A DNA stretch of 64,000 bases, taken from contig OX597819.1 of NCBI GenBank assembly GCA_951406725.2, forward strand, positions 19,282,001 to 19,346,000, written 5' to 3'. Below the pieces are notes generated by a model. That model searched no databases. It was not told the origin of the DNA and saw only the letters and a program-made list of their open reading frames with translations. The translations under genes and the position numbers were made by a program. This document shows, piece by piece, positions 1-12,099 of the stretch (positions are counted from its first letter, which is position 1; every line of letters begins with the position of its first letter). Source of the stretch: Octopus vulgaris. Taxonomy: Eukaryota.

Positions 1-389
1 AATGTTATTTTCTTTTGCCAAATATTAGTTCTGTATTGTTAATGTTCAGATTAATTGCCAACTGGCCAGCATTTCTGTAAAAACAAAGTAACAGCGACCG
101 AGCCAGGTCAACGCTCGAAACATTCATTTCAAAAAGAGAGAATAATGTATAATGCTTTAAATAGGTTCATAAACATTACAAGTAAATGAAGCGAGGGGAA
201 TTATATAAACCGATAAAAAAACGCAACTGTGGGACATACAAGGTCCGCAAATATAATATACTTAATGTAATGTTGGCCTCTAATACTAAACAAGAGGCAA
301 CCAGAAAATACAAGTATAACCAGGGACGAAATAATCTGAATATGAATGTAATTTTATAAAAGCGTAAGCTTAAACTAAAATAGATATCG

Positions 390-630
390 TACTGAAGCGG
401 TGTTGCGCTCATAATCACATGATTGTTCTTTCGATTCCAGAACCGGACAGCATGTTGTGTTCTTAAGCAAAATACTTCATTTCACGTTGCTGTGTTGCTA
501 TTGTCTGCAAATGAGGAACCTTGAGACACACAAGAGTCCTGTTCAGTGGGGTGTGTTGTGATCTCGGTGGCTTCTACGCCATGGAAACCGGGTAACAGAG
601 GCTATAACTCCTAGGACTCGAAAAGAAATT
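390..630 (+). mobile_element. Degenerate tRNA-derived SINE with Meta-like domain
   Basis: B-box-like TTCGATTCC, then TGTGTTCTTAAGCAAAATACTTCATTTCACGTTGC, then TACGCCATGGAAACCGGG; related to 865-1030, 29830-30060 and 34461-34750. Confidence 0.5.
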
Positions 631-864
631 ATTTTTACTGTCACATTGAAACAATCGTCTCAACTGCAAATTGAAATATAGAAAGATTATGGTTAAATTT
701 TGTAAATATTAACCCCAGAGAGAGAGAGAGAGAGTGAAAAGAAAATAAGCAAATCATAACACCATGACTCCTTTACCAGTTAAACAAAACTTCACTTGAA
801 CTACACCAAGAAAACAATTGCATGCATTTATGAAAAACAAAATCCCTCGCGACCCACAAGAAAA

Positions 865-1030
865 TAAGGCCGGTTTCCCGAATTCGTTGGCCGACATATT
901 TTCAGTCTGAGACGTCGGTCCGTCAAAATATTACATATATTTGTTGAATGAGAGAACTGGAGCAACTTGAAATAATGTTTGGTAATCAAGAACGTATTAC
1001 AATGCCTGCTCTAGGAATCGAAACTGAAAT
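865..1030 (-). mobile_element. Degenerate SINE copy (same family as 390-630)
   Basis: Plus strand reads CCGGTTTCC...GGAGCAACTTGAAAT...GGAATCGAAAC, the reverse complement of the family layout. Confidence 0.4.
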
Positions 1031-1824
1031 CATACCAAAATAAAAAGATTATTGTTGTGCTTTGCGATACTTTGCTTTCGATTCAAATGTCAAATATCAC
1101 AAGATAAAATTTTTTCTTTCGTCTTTTTAGATAAAAGGTGGTCGATGCATCATCCGATTGAGTGGGCTGCAATATAGCTGCGTTAGGAAAGATACGTTCT
1201 TTAGTTTTAGGACCATTGCGATGCTTTCTCTGCATATCCGAGCGCAGAACTTTCTTAACAGAATTTTTTGTGGTAATTAAAGCTTTTTCTGTAGTAGGAG
1301 TATATACCAAGTTGCCTTATAATCTCTAAGTTGAGCACTTTTGGAAATGCAGCAGGATAAATATACCTTTTATCTGTTCGTGATGCATAATATTATGGAA
1401 AAGACTTGTACTAGAATCGATGCAATCGGCTAAATCCTTCTCTGCTAATATTGTTGGCCTTCAGCCCAAATTAAGAACAATTATTTTAATTAGATTCATC
1501 ATCTTTACACTAATCATAATAGAATTAGCAGAATCGTTACGATATTTATTTCAGGAATATGCATTCTGTAGTCAAACCTCTCGTGGTCACATTTGCTTTC
1601 CATCTCTTCCGGGTTGCTAAAGTAGAGAAAACGATGGAAACATAACTAACTTGTACAAAATTCTCACCGTACGATGAAGAGAAAGACATTCCAGATGAAA
1701 ACGGAACAAAAACTGGTTCGAGACAAAAGGGAAGAAGAGAAAAAGGCCACAAAGAAATGAATCAATACAGAGAAAGCAAAAAAACAGTGAAGACGAGTAA
1801 TTCTTCATAATCGACAACAATTTA

Positions 1825-1957
1825 AACTTCTTTAGAAAGCTAGTGTTATGAGAAATTCACAATTTTCTTTATTTACTTTCCAGGGCAGGCATATTGCTCT
1901 GGAAAGTAACAAGAGAAAATTATAAATTTGTGATAAGACTAGCTTTCGGAAGAAGTT
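1825..1957. repeat. Imperfect fold-back palindrome (~63-bp arms)
   Basis: AACTTCTTTAGAAAGCTAGTGTTAT...TTACTTTCCAGGGCA / TGCTCTGGAAAGTAA...ATAAGACTAGCTTTCGGAAGAAGTT. Confidence 0.75.
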
Positions 1958-3245
1958 AAAATGGCTCGAAAGCACTTAAGTGTAAAGTATAAGAAACATT
2001 TACAAGATAGACTACTTGTAAAAGCAAAACCCGCTTTAGATTTATTTTAGGCTGCTACACTCTGGCCTTCACTAGCTCCTTTCTCGTTTAGATGTTAGAC
2101 TAAGATTATTTTCTCCTTTACTTCACTGTAACTCTCCTTTCATGAAATAAAATTTCCCTTTAATCATTGCTGTTATTTCCATCGTGTGGATTTATTGACT
2201 TCCCTGCAACTTCTTGCTTCAAGTTCTTGCTCCAGTCTTTCTTCTGTCTTGTGGAGGTTTCATTTCCTGTTGCAATAGATTCTGTCTTTGCAGGAGTAGA
2301 GATTTCTAAGTCTGGGAGTTTTGTTTCATGAAAGAGTACACGTCTTTTTTCTATCCATGGTTTATATATACTTTTTCGGAATCCCATTTTGGTAGGTTCG
2401 ATTTTGATGCCAGTTAACGTTTTCATTTCGCATAAACAAGACTGTGGTGTTGAGGTGTCACAACCACTACATATTTTTATCTCTACACCATTTCTGGGTG
2501 TTAGCCCACCAAAGGTAAAGACAGACTTCTGACTTAGTGTTAGATTTGATCTTAGGGTAATCTCTAACGATTTCTTCCCGGAGTACTAATTATCATAGTT
2601 CTTACTATCGTGTAACGAGAATGGCGTCATCGGCAACTCTAGTAACATAACAACAACAACAATAATAATAATGATAATAATAATAATCATAATACTTCTG
2701 CTGCATATGCTAACACTATTAAATTTTATTCTTATGAGTTTTATTATTATTATTATTAGTAGTAGTGGTTTTATCAATATTATAATACGTAGAACATGCG
2801 CTGTATTAAAACGACTTAGCTAAACGAAATTAAAAAAATTATCATGAATATAAAAACAAAAATGCCTCTTCGGAAAACATAAAAAACAAATTCTTTCAAA
2901 AGAGAATGGCAAATATTCTATCCATTGCTAAGTGGTTATTAAATGCCAAAACTAGATTTTCATCATCGATATAGAATTCATATTGTTGTTTCTCTTCTGC
3001 TGTTCTTTCTTAATTCTCTTTATTGCAGTCTATATTTTATTTTTATGTAATTTGTTATGTAATATTATTATTTTTGTTGTATTTTGTTTTTAGTGTCTAT
3101 TTATATTTCTTGTTATTGCTATTTTATGTTTTGTGTTGTTATATAAAAAATGGCGGCAATATGTTTTATTGTAAGTTGCAGACATTCGAGAGACATTCCA
3201 CTTCGTCATTGGCTGTGCAATAACTCTCACACACTCAAGCGTATA

Positions 3246-3277
3246 TGTGTGCGCGTGTGTGTGCATGTGAGTGTGTG

Positions 3278-3321
<44 letters not shown>

Positions 3322-3531
3322 TCTCTACAGAGAAATATAGGCGCATACATGCACACATGTGTGCACGTATTGCATCATTTATATATGTGTATATTCCATT
3401 TATTGAAACATATACAAAGACAGACAGACCGACAGATAGATAGATAGACAGATAGCTAGAAAGACAGACAGATAGGTAGATAGATAGATATATATAGAGA
3501 GAGATGGAGCGAGAGAGATAAACAGACAGAC

Positions 3532-3608
<77 letters not shown>
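3246..3608. repeat. (GT)n and (GATA)n/(GACA)n microsatellites
   Basis: Direct reading. Confidence 0.95.
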
Positions 3609-3824
3609 TGCGTGGGTGAAGTGTTTGGAGGTGTTTGTATAGAGGTACATATGTTTCTGTATGAACACACATACAGACACGCATACACAAGCACATATAC
3701 ACGCATGTATATATTACCCACAGGCAGAGGTATGGAAATACTGCAATAGATATAATCACGAATGGTGGGTGAATAATAACGTAGTATATACGCATGCATC
3801 CATAAATCATTTCTCTGTCTCTTT

Positions 3825-4030
3825 ACTCTTTACTCTTTTACTCGTTTCAGTCATTTGTCTGCGGCCATGCTGGAGCACCGCCTTTAGTCGAGCAAATCGA
3901 CTCCGGGACTTATTCTTTGTAAGCCCAGTACTTATTCTATCGGTCACTTTTGCCGAACCGCTAAGTGACGGGTACGTAAACACACCAGCATCGGTTGTCA
4001 AATAATGCTAGGGGGACAAACACAGACACA
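3825..4030 (-). mobile_element. 3' half of CORE-type SINE (family A)
   Basis: TTTCAGTCATTTG..GCGGCCATGCTGGAGCACCGCC..CACACCAGCATCGGTTGTCAA, near-identical to 43831-44020. Confidence 0.85.
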
Positions 4031-4154
4031 CAACACACACACACATACACATATATAAATATATATATACATATATACATTTCTATGTATGTTTATCTAT
4101 ATATTTAAACCGCTATCAAGATACATATGTGTGTTTGCTTGTGTTCATGTTTGC

Positions 4155-4220
<66 letters not shown>

Positions 4221-4567
4221 CTGTATTGCTAGTTATTGCACTGTGTATCTATTTGTCTATCGGAGTCTTTATATTCATAAAGATACATCAGTGTATATAT
4301 GAGCGACTATTATTAGAACATGTACCTATATATATTTAATGTATTTATGTGTGTGTTTAAATGTGCACCCGGCCACTCGTTAGTGTGTTTATGCATACGC
4401 ACGTGTGCGCGATTGGATGTCTGTTAAGGTATATGTCCCCTTCAGAAACCAATCCATTCTTCGGTATAATGGTTTGTCGTCTATGTAATGGAAATTGTAG
4501 GTGCCATTCATAATGCACTTCCCCTGATAGTTTTACATGTGTGTGTGTGAGTGTATGTGCGTGTGTT

Positions 4568-4806
<239 letters not shown>

Positions 4807-5832
4807 ACTCACACCACGCACACATACAGGCATATCCTCATACACCAGTAAATCCACTGCATAATATCATTGTGACATTTATAATGTTTCACTGTTCGAA
4901 ATATTGTGCATTAGACGGTGTATATCATTTTTGCTTTTCCTTTTTTTTTTCTTCATGTTTCAAATGCATTCTGTCTTTTGTACAGATATCTATTGAATCT
5001 CGGTTATATTTTGAGCAACAATCGAAAAATCTATTTGTCTGACTTGCTACTTCAGTCGCAGAGAGAAAAAAAAAAAGAAAAAGAGACAATAAGATTCAGG
5101 TCTTGTTACTACTTCGCTTTAACCGTAACCTGATCGTCACACTGAAATCATACGAGCTCGGCTACAGCTGTAATATTACCGGAAGAATGATGAAAAATGC
5201 AAGTTCGTTTGGGGCAGGTGTTACTTAATGGTTTTCTGGATTATTACTTGGGTATATCTTCATGAAGTTTATCCGGTTGTAGGTGGTGTAGTGTTATAAT
5301 TTTCATTAGGCCTGTCTTATGCATACTTATGTTAATGCGATGCCGTGTTTTCACCAATCGTCTTCATCTTTTTCTGTTTTATTCTTCACTCACTGCGACT
5401 CAAGCCATGCTGAGTTATATAACTTTGCAGGATTTTAGTCATCCAACTCGGGTATAATTATTACTTTCGTTAAATTTACAGCTAGATTACAGGGACGTAA
5501 GCAAATCTACACCAATTGTGAAGCGATGGTCAGTGAGAAACACAAAGCATACACAGGTACACACACTCACACAAAAACACACACACACACACACACACAT
5601 AGGGATAGAGAGAGAGCGAGTGAGAGAGAGAGAGACAAAGATCGACCTAAATATATATATATGTGCGTGTGTATGTATGTATATATGCATAAGTCTGTAT
5701 CGATGTTGATATCCAGAAGATCTAAAAGGCAGCTAATGCTATGAAAGTGCTACGGAATAACTGCTGTTAGACTAGCGATCCGATAATAGTATGAGTGAGT
5801 AGTCTGTTGCGGGTCATGTGTGAGCGTGTCTA

Positions 5833-6107
5833 TGTTAAATAAAATGAAACACCTAAACCAAGGCAGTGTGAAATTTCTAGGACATTTATAAAGAGAAGGT
5901 AGTGTTAGCTGTTTCGGGGATATAAAAGACATTCAATCATCAGAGACGATATGAGAGAGGTAAAGCATTTAGCTCTCTCATTATCGTCTCTGATGGATGA
6001 TGGGAAATCTTTTATATCCCTGAAACAGCTGTAAGACTACTTTTCTCTTTATAAACATCCTAGAAATTTCACACTGCCTTGGTTTAGGTGTTTCATTTTA
6101 TTTGACA
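5833..6107. mobile_element. Fold-back (inverted) pair of a PLE-type repeat, each arm with a degenerate minimal hammerhead
   Basis: ~130-bp arms around the centre TAAA-GCA-TTTA; right arm reads GTCT-CTGATGG..GGGA..TCCC-T-GAAA-CAGCTG-TA-AGAC; same family as 16450-16545 and 21050-21170. Confidence 0.75.
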
Positions 6108-6150
6108 CGTAGAGAGGCACACACATTCACACGCACACACACCAAAGCGC

Positions 6151-6193
<43 letters not shown>

Positions 6194-6261
6194 ATACATG
6201 CATACATATATACATATACATATATATATATATTTATGTATATATATATGCATGTATTTAC

Positions 6262-6311
<50 letters not shown>

Positions 6312-6368
6312 AGATCGTTAGCTACTACACACATTTTTTCTCTCCTTGTTTATTTTCTTAAACTTTCC

Positions 6369-6422
<54 letters not shown>

Positions 6423-7289
6423 GGTCAAACGACAAGGAGAAGAAAATACCTCTCAACAACCAGACTACAATGGCATTCAGTTTCGGATCGTTTAAAGTCC
6501 GGAGCCCTTCAATTTCCAGGTAGAGGTCGTCTGTCAGTGGTGACGGTGATATTGTAAATACCACTGAGTTGATGTAGAAACAAGGGCAAGATGAGAAAAA
6601 GAACAAAACACCAATACCGCGAAAAGTTACGAGAAGAACAGATAGAACAGTCACATACGTTCGTATATACACACATATGTTTGTGAGTGCGTATACTAAC
6701 AGACGTTTGTATACCTAAACATATAAGGAAATCTAGAAAGAGGCGTCTGTCTTTCGGACAGGTTCCCAGAGGCATCGTTACTCACGAAGTAGCGTGAAAC
6801 AATGCGAGAGAATTGGTCTCAGAGTGTAAACAATGAAAGAAATATGTTCTAAACGATATTTTCAAATGAGAAGACAGAATAGAAATAGAGCATTCTGGCA
6901 CTGAGCCCCAGTGATGTTACTAGCGATATGTTGAGACGGATGGCTCAAAAGGATTACGGTTAAATACAAATGAAGAGAAAAAAAAGTGGTCCCTGATTAA
7001 TACACAACCAACTTCCTTCATATGCTTATTTGGGACCATGCTTTGAGGAGAAACAATAACGAGTACATGAGAGGCATCTGAGAGTACATGAGAGGCTTCT
7101 GCAGATGTCATCATTGTTGCAGGTGAAGAGAAGGCGCAGGTAGGCGGAAACTGTCAGAGATCATTGCTGAACAAGAACAGTCAATGTCGACCTGCGATGG
7201 AGAGTAGCAAAAGAAGAAGAAGAAGAGGAGGATGTAAGTGTATGTGTGTGTATGTGCGTGTGTATATGGAATATATGTATGTATGTATA

Positions 7290-7352
<63 letters not shown>

Positions 7353-7500
7353 TTATATATAAAGCACGTTTCATTCGTGATCAGACGCTTTCGTAAACCG
7401 AGGTACTACTGTATTGAATGAATATGAAAAAGACAGGAGATAAAGTACGATTAATGTTATTCGAAAACCGAGGTTCTACTATGTGTGTATGTGTGTGTGA

Positions 7501-7750
7501 AATAATATATGACAATTATTCGGTTGCCATAATAAAACTCCGAGTTTCGGATGTCGGGGCGGAAAACTGCTCCGGCATCTCATCAGTTATTTAGACGAGA
7601 GGTCGGAGCAAATTTCCGCCCCGACATCATCCGAAACTCGGAGATGTATTATGGCAACCGAATAACTGTCACATATTATTTTACAGATAAATTCCTCTAT
7701 TTACGTAATAATGAGATGTCATTCATTCTTTTGTTGACATACCATTACTA

Positions 7751-7753
<3 letters not shown>
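7501..7753. mobile_element. Fold-back pair of a second PLE-type repeat (palindrome 7501-7680)
   Basis: AATAATATATGACAATTATTCGGTTGCCATAATA... / ...TATTATGGCAACCGAATAACTGTCACATATTATT; tail matches 47950-48050. Confidence 0.75.
7531..7591 (-). ncRNA. Minimal type I hammerhead ribozyme
   Basis: Minus strand: AATAA-CTGATGA-GATGCCGG..CCGACATC-C-GAAA-CTC-G-GAG-TT-TTATT; stem I AATAA/TTATT, GUU cleavage triplet. Confidence 0.65.
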
Positions 7754-7787
<34 letters not shown>

Positions 7788-7907
7788 ACAATCAAGGAAC
7801 GGCCATAATAGGCCATTCACCCACTAGAAATAACAGCCAAAAGCATTAACCGCAAAATAACGTCAATTCCGTAAACCAGGAGAAAATTGAAAAACATTTA
7901 CCCTGTA

Positions 7908-8014
7908 ATTTCTTAGACGATGCACCGTTTCATCTTCTGTTTAATGGAAAACTAACCTGATTAAATTAAATCAAGCCAATCTACCATAGGCCCTTAGATT
8001 CATCAGTAAGAAAT
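7908..8014 (-). ncRNA. Type I hammerhead ribozyme, unit 1
   Basis: Minus strand: ATTTCTTA-CTGATGA-ATCT..[60 nt]..AGAT-GAAA-CGGTGCATC-GTC^TAAGAAAT; perfect 8-bp stem I, intact core, GUC triplet, predicted cut between 7916 and 7915. Confidence 0.88.
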
Positions 8015-8399
8015 AGCCAAACCGGAACAGATATTTATCACGAGGCATTCTCATTGCTACCTCGTCAATATCTGACCTAAAATTTTCAAATCGTCGCACT
8101 CGCGCCAAATTTATCGGCAGCAAATAAATATAAGCCGCCGATTCCATTACGGAATTAACCAGAAAATTCATAATTAATCAATATAGGGTGGCAAAAAAAA
8201 TTTTGTAGAATTCTTTTGCCACCAGCGGCCTAGTGGGAAAAAATTAAATAGTCATAAACCATTTTTAAGTTCAACATCAACAATCAAGGAACGGCCATAA
8301 TAGGCCATTCACCCACTAGAAATAACAGCCAAAAGCATTAACCGCAAAATAACGTCAATTCCGTAAACCAGGAGAAATTTGAAAAACATTTACCCTGTA

Positions 8400-8506
8400 A
8401 TTTCTTAGACGATGCACCGTTTCATCTTCTGTTTAATGGAAAACTAACCTGATTAAATTAAATCAAGCCAATCTACCATAGGCCCTCAGATTCATCAGTA
8501 AGAAAT
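8400..8506 (-). ncRNA. Type I hammerhead ribozyme, unit 2
   Basis: Same motif as unit 1 with one substitution inside the stem II insert. Confidence 0.88.
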
Positions 8507-8889
8507 AGCCAAACCGGAACAGATATTTATCACGAGGCATTCTCATTGCTACCTCGTCAATATCTGACCTAAAATTTTCAAATCGTCGCACTCGCGCCAA
8601 ATTTATCGGCAGCAAATAAATATAAGCCGCCGATTCCATTACGGAATTAACCAGAAAATTCATAATTAATCAATATAGGGTGGCAAAAAAATTTTGTAGA
8701 ATTCTTTTGCCACCAGCAGCCTAGTGGGAAAAAATTAAATAGTCATAAACCATTTTTAAGTTCAACATCAACAATCAAGGAACGGCCATAATAGGCCATT
8801 CACCCACTAGAAATAACAGCCAAAAGCATTAACCGCAAAATAACGTCAATTCCGTAAACCAGGAGAAATTGAAAAACATTTACCCTGTA

Positions 8890-8996
8890 ATTTCTTAGAC
8901 GATGCACCGTTTCATCTTCTGTTTAATGGAAAACTAACCTGATTAAATTAAATCAAGCCAATCTACCATAGGCCCTTAGATTCATCAGTAAGAAAT
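8890..8996 (-). ncRNA. Type I hammerhead ribozyme, unit 3
   Basis: Same motif as unit 1. Confidence 0.88.
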
Positions 8997-9381
8997 AGCC
9001 AAACCGGAACAGATATTTATCACGAGGCATTCTCATTGCTACCTCGTCAATATCTGACCTAAAATTTTCAAATCGTCGCACTCGCGCCAAATTTATCGGC
9101 AGCAAATAAATATAAGCCGCCGATTCCATTACGGAATTAACCAGAAAATTCATAATTAATCAATATAGGGTGGCAAAAAAAATTTTGTAGAATTCTTTTG
9201 CCACCAGCGGCCTAGTGGGAAAAAATTAAATAGTCATAAACCATTTTTAAGTTCAACATCAACAATCAAGGAACGGCCATAATAGGCCATTCACCCACTA
9301 GAAATAACAGCCAAAAGCATTAACCGCAAAATAACGTCAATTCCGTAAACCAGGAGAAAATTGAAAAACATTTACCCTGTA

Positions 9382-9488
9382 ATTTCTTAGACGATGCACC
9401 GTTTCATCTTCTGTTTAATGGAAAACTAACCTGATTAAATTAAATCAAGCCAATCTACCATAGGCCATTAGATTCATCAGTAAGAAAT
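9382..9488 (-). ncRNA. Type I hammerhead ribozyme, unit 4
   Basis: Same motif as unit 1 with one substitution inside the stem II insert. Confidence 0.88.
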
Positions 9489-10799
9489 AGCCAAACCGGA
9501 ACAGATATTTATCACGAGGCATTCTCATTGCTACCTCGTCAATATCTGACCTAAAATTTTCAAATCGTCGCACTCGCGCCAAATTTATCGGCAGCAAATA
9601 AATATAAATTGATGTTGAACTTAAAAATGGTTTATGACTATTTAATTTTTTCCCACTAGGCCGCTGGTGGCAAAAGAATTCTACAAAATTTTTTTTGCCA
9701 CCCTATATTGATTAATTATATATATATATATATATATACATAGTTTATTTTAAGCCCTTGCCCTATTTTCCTCATTATTCTGTTACTTCACACTAAATTT
9801 TTGTTTTAACAACAATGGTTACAAAAATATCCCTGCATTGATTTACCGTGAAACTACTAAGAAATTTACGTTTGCCACACTTGTCTCCTCTTTGGCGAGA
9901 GTAGGAGAATACTGGTATTTTTAGTGTAAGATGCAAAACTGTGAACAAGAAACAAAGACAAGTAGAACTAGAGGAGTGATGTAAGAAGTGAAAACCAGTG
10001 TGATGTGTCGGGAGTAGAGTGTTGGGGAGAGGATACTGGGTGATGGAGTATTTAAGCTGTGAGAGAAGAGTGCTAGAAAGAGGGCGGAAAAGTCTGTAAG
10101 ATGAACGAGGGCAGTTGAAATGTGAGAGATACGATCGGTGTAAGGCAGGTACTTATCGTGCAAACAAAGTCAAGATATGAAAATGACACATATATATTAA
10201 TACAATAACATGGTTACACCCAAACAAGTCGCTTGCGATAGAAGTTTACGGTGAATGCACAGAGGCAGCTAACAGAAATCGAGGTCATTGAGGAGGGGTG
10301 AGAGGTAAAGGATGCCGAGACTTGCTTTGTATCAGTTTCCTTCAAGACAGGAAAATGATAGTTTTCGTTGTTATTGTTGTGTAGCTATTTCTATTAGATT
10401 TCCATTATTCATTACATGATATTTTTAGAGTCTGCAATTATTATTTCATATTGTCTACATTCAGAAGCTTCCACTCCTTGTATTTGTCATAATAGCAATC
10501 TTCTCTTAGTTATTTGTAATCTAAATGTAGTTGCCGTTTCTCTTTTTTTTTTTCCAGTCTGTTCCTGCTAAATGACTTAGCTTATATGTTGAGACTATTC
10601 TCATTGCGAGAAGAACTAGATTAGCAAAACATATTAACTTATTCACTTATTAATCGGTTTTAATTATTAATCTAAAGCGATTATGATGTTCCCTAATAGC
10701 CTTTGACTTCATTCACTTGTTGTTCTATCTCGTTCATAAATTCTGAAATATATGTTCTTTTATTGCATTTCCCTCATCTTTCTTCCCTTATCGAACATG

Positions 10800-11530
10800 A
10801 TATTAGAGGAGTTATTGGGAATATCTTTCAGTAGTCTTAAATTCTTAGTTATTATTTCTTCTTTTGTTACTTGCTTTCTCTACCCAGCCAAAGACAGCAC
10901 CGTGCAGTGGTTTAATGTCGTTCTGTATTTTCTTTGGCTTTCCGCATTATGAGAATATTCCCGATCTTATTTTTCTACATGTCGTAAATAACCTGCATCA
11001 AGCGTCACGTCACGAAAGCATGCGATCTTTCCAAATTATCTGCCGTCTACATTTTCCGGGTGCGATCCCGATTCCTGCTTCATGGAAAAACAACACTTGT
11101 TGCTGAACCATTGCTACATCTCCACGTTCCGAACTCGCCTTACTCATCCATCCATCTATAACATTTTCTGATTGTACTGACAGGAATTGTAAATTAATTC
11201 TCTTTTATACAGGTTTGCTCTCCGATAACTGTGGCTTACGGCGATGCCATTTTTACGAGAGTTATAAATTCGCTGACAAGTATGTCCACGTTTATAAATA
11301 TTAATTGCGAAGCGAAATATTTTGGCTTCACGAACAAAAGCATCCACCAAGATATTTAAGTTCTCTGAGCTATGGAGGATTTCATCATGTTTGTCTGTAA
11401 ACAACATTAATCCCGCAAACACGGTGTACTTTTATATTCGCTTTGCGGTTAAAAAAAGAAAGTACTTTAAAACGGTTAGTGTGAGACCTTTTGGTTATGA
11501 ATTAAATTTTGGCCCACTTGCTAAATAATG
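10800..11530 (-). mobile_element. Degenerate RTE-clade LINE reverse transcriptase remnant
   Basis: ORF 11156-11422 reads LMLFTDKHDEILHSSENLNILVDAFVREAKIFRFAINIYK, resembling RTE 'LLFADD...HS..LQ..VD.F..AA..FGL.IN..KT'; boundaries approximate. Confidence 0.55.
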
Positions 11531-12099
11531 CTAAGGTCAGTAGATGACTGTGCTTGGCTCTCACTTCGATTCCAAAGGGTGTAGAAGAGGAATTTGTGCG
11601 ACTTAAGTAACCACGTCATTATGTCGGAATTGTCATATTCGAGTGAATTATTCGAGGACTGAAATCTTTTAATTACATCCCCAAACTACGACGGCTTTTT
11701 TAGTTTTGATACAGGTACGAAAGCAACTAACTTGCATATCTCATGCTTCTTCTTTTCCAAATATTCTTGCTGCACTTGTCCAAGACAGAAAATCCTATCG
11801 ATGCCACTTTAAGTAGAACTGCTTAGTTTTTCTCCCATTCAGTTTGTTTGTCAATATTCTTATGATGTACTTCCGATTAGAAGTCTTGTCTACTTCTGTC
11901 CTGTTACTATCTGAGACTCGTTGGATGTCGACTAAGGACTCCTTCTCCCTTATTTTCAGGATTAGTCCCGACCGATCTGTCCTCTATACATTGAATAAAT
12001 GCTGGAAATGTTCGAAGAAGTTGGTGCAAGGAAAGACTTTGGGGCTGAGAAGCTCACTTTACACCTTGGAATACATCTTTGACAGATTCAGCAATGAGC

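Larger units (their letters stand above)
7784..9719 (-). mobile_element. Tandem array of ~491-bp hammerhead-containing units (retrozyme-like) with terminal inversion, inserted in (TA)n
   Basis: Units start at 7784, 8276, 8767 and 9258 (last truncated at 9607) and differ by only a few bases; 9609-9719 is the reverse complement of the unit's last ~110 bp; (TA)n on both sides. Confidence 0.88.

Noticed and set aside
6420-6660. Another hammerhead on the minus strand (CCACTGACAG...GATCCGAAACTG)
   Set aside because: The core is CTGACAG and the stems and NUH triplet do not assemble.
7971-9153. Identical 66-aa ORF (MNFLVNSV...) in three array units
   Set aside because: Identity is explained by recent duplication. 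There is no recognisable domain and it overlaps structured RNA. The single synonymous change is too little evidence for coding.
7784-9607. CRISPR array, or a second plus-strand ribozyme (ambisense viroid-like agent)
   Set aside because: No unique spacers or cas genes. Plus-strand CTGA sites (CTGATTA, CTGACCT) do not give a CUGANGA core, and I saw no other ribozyme class by eye.
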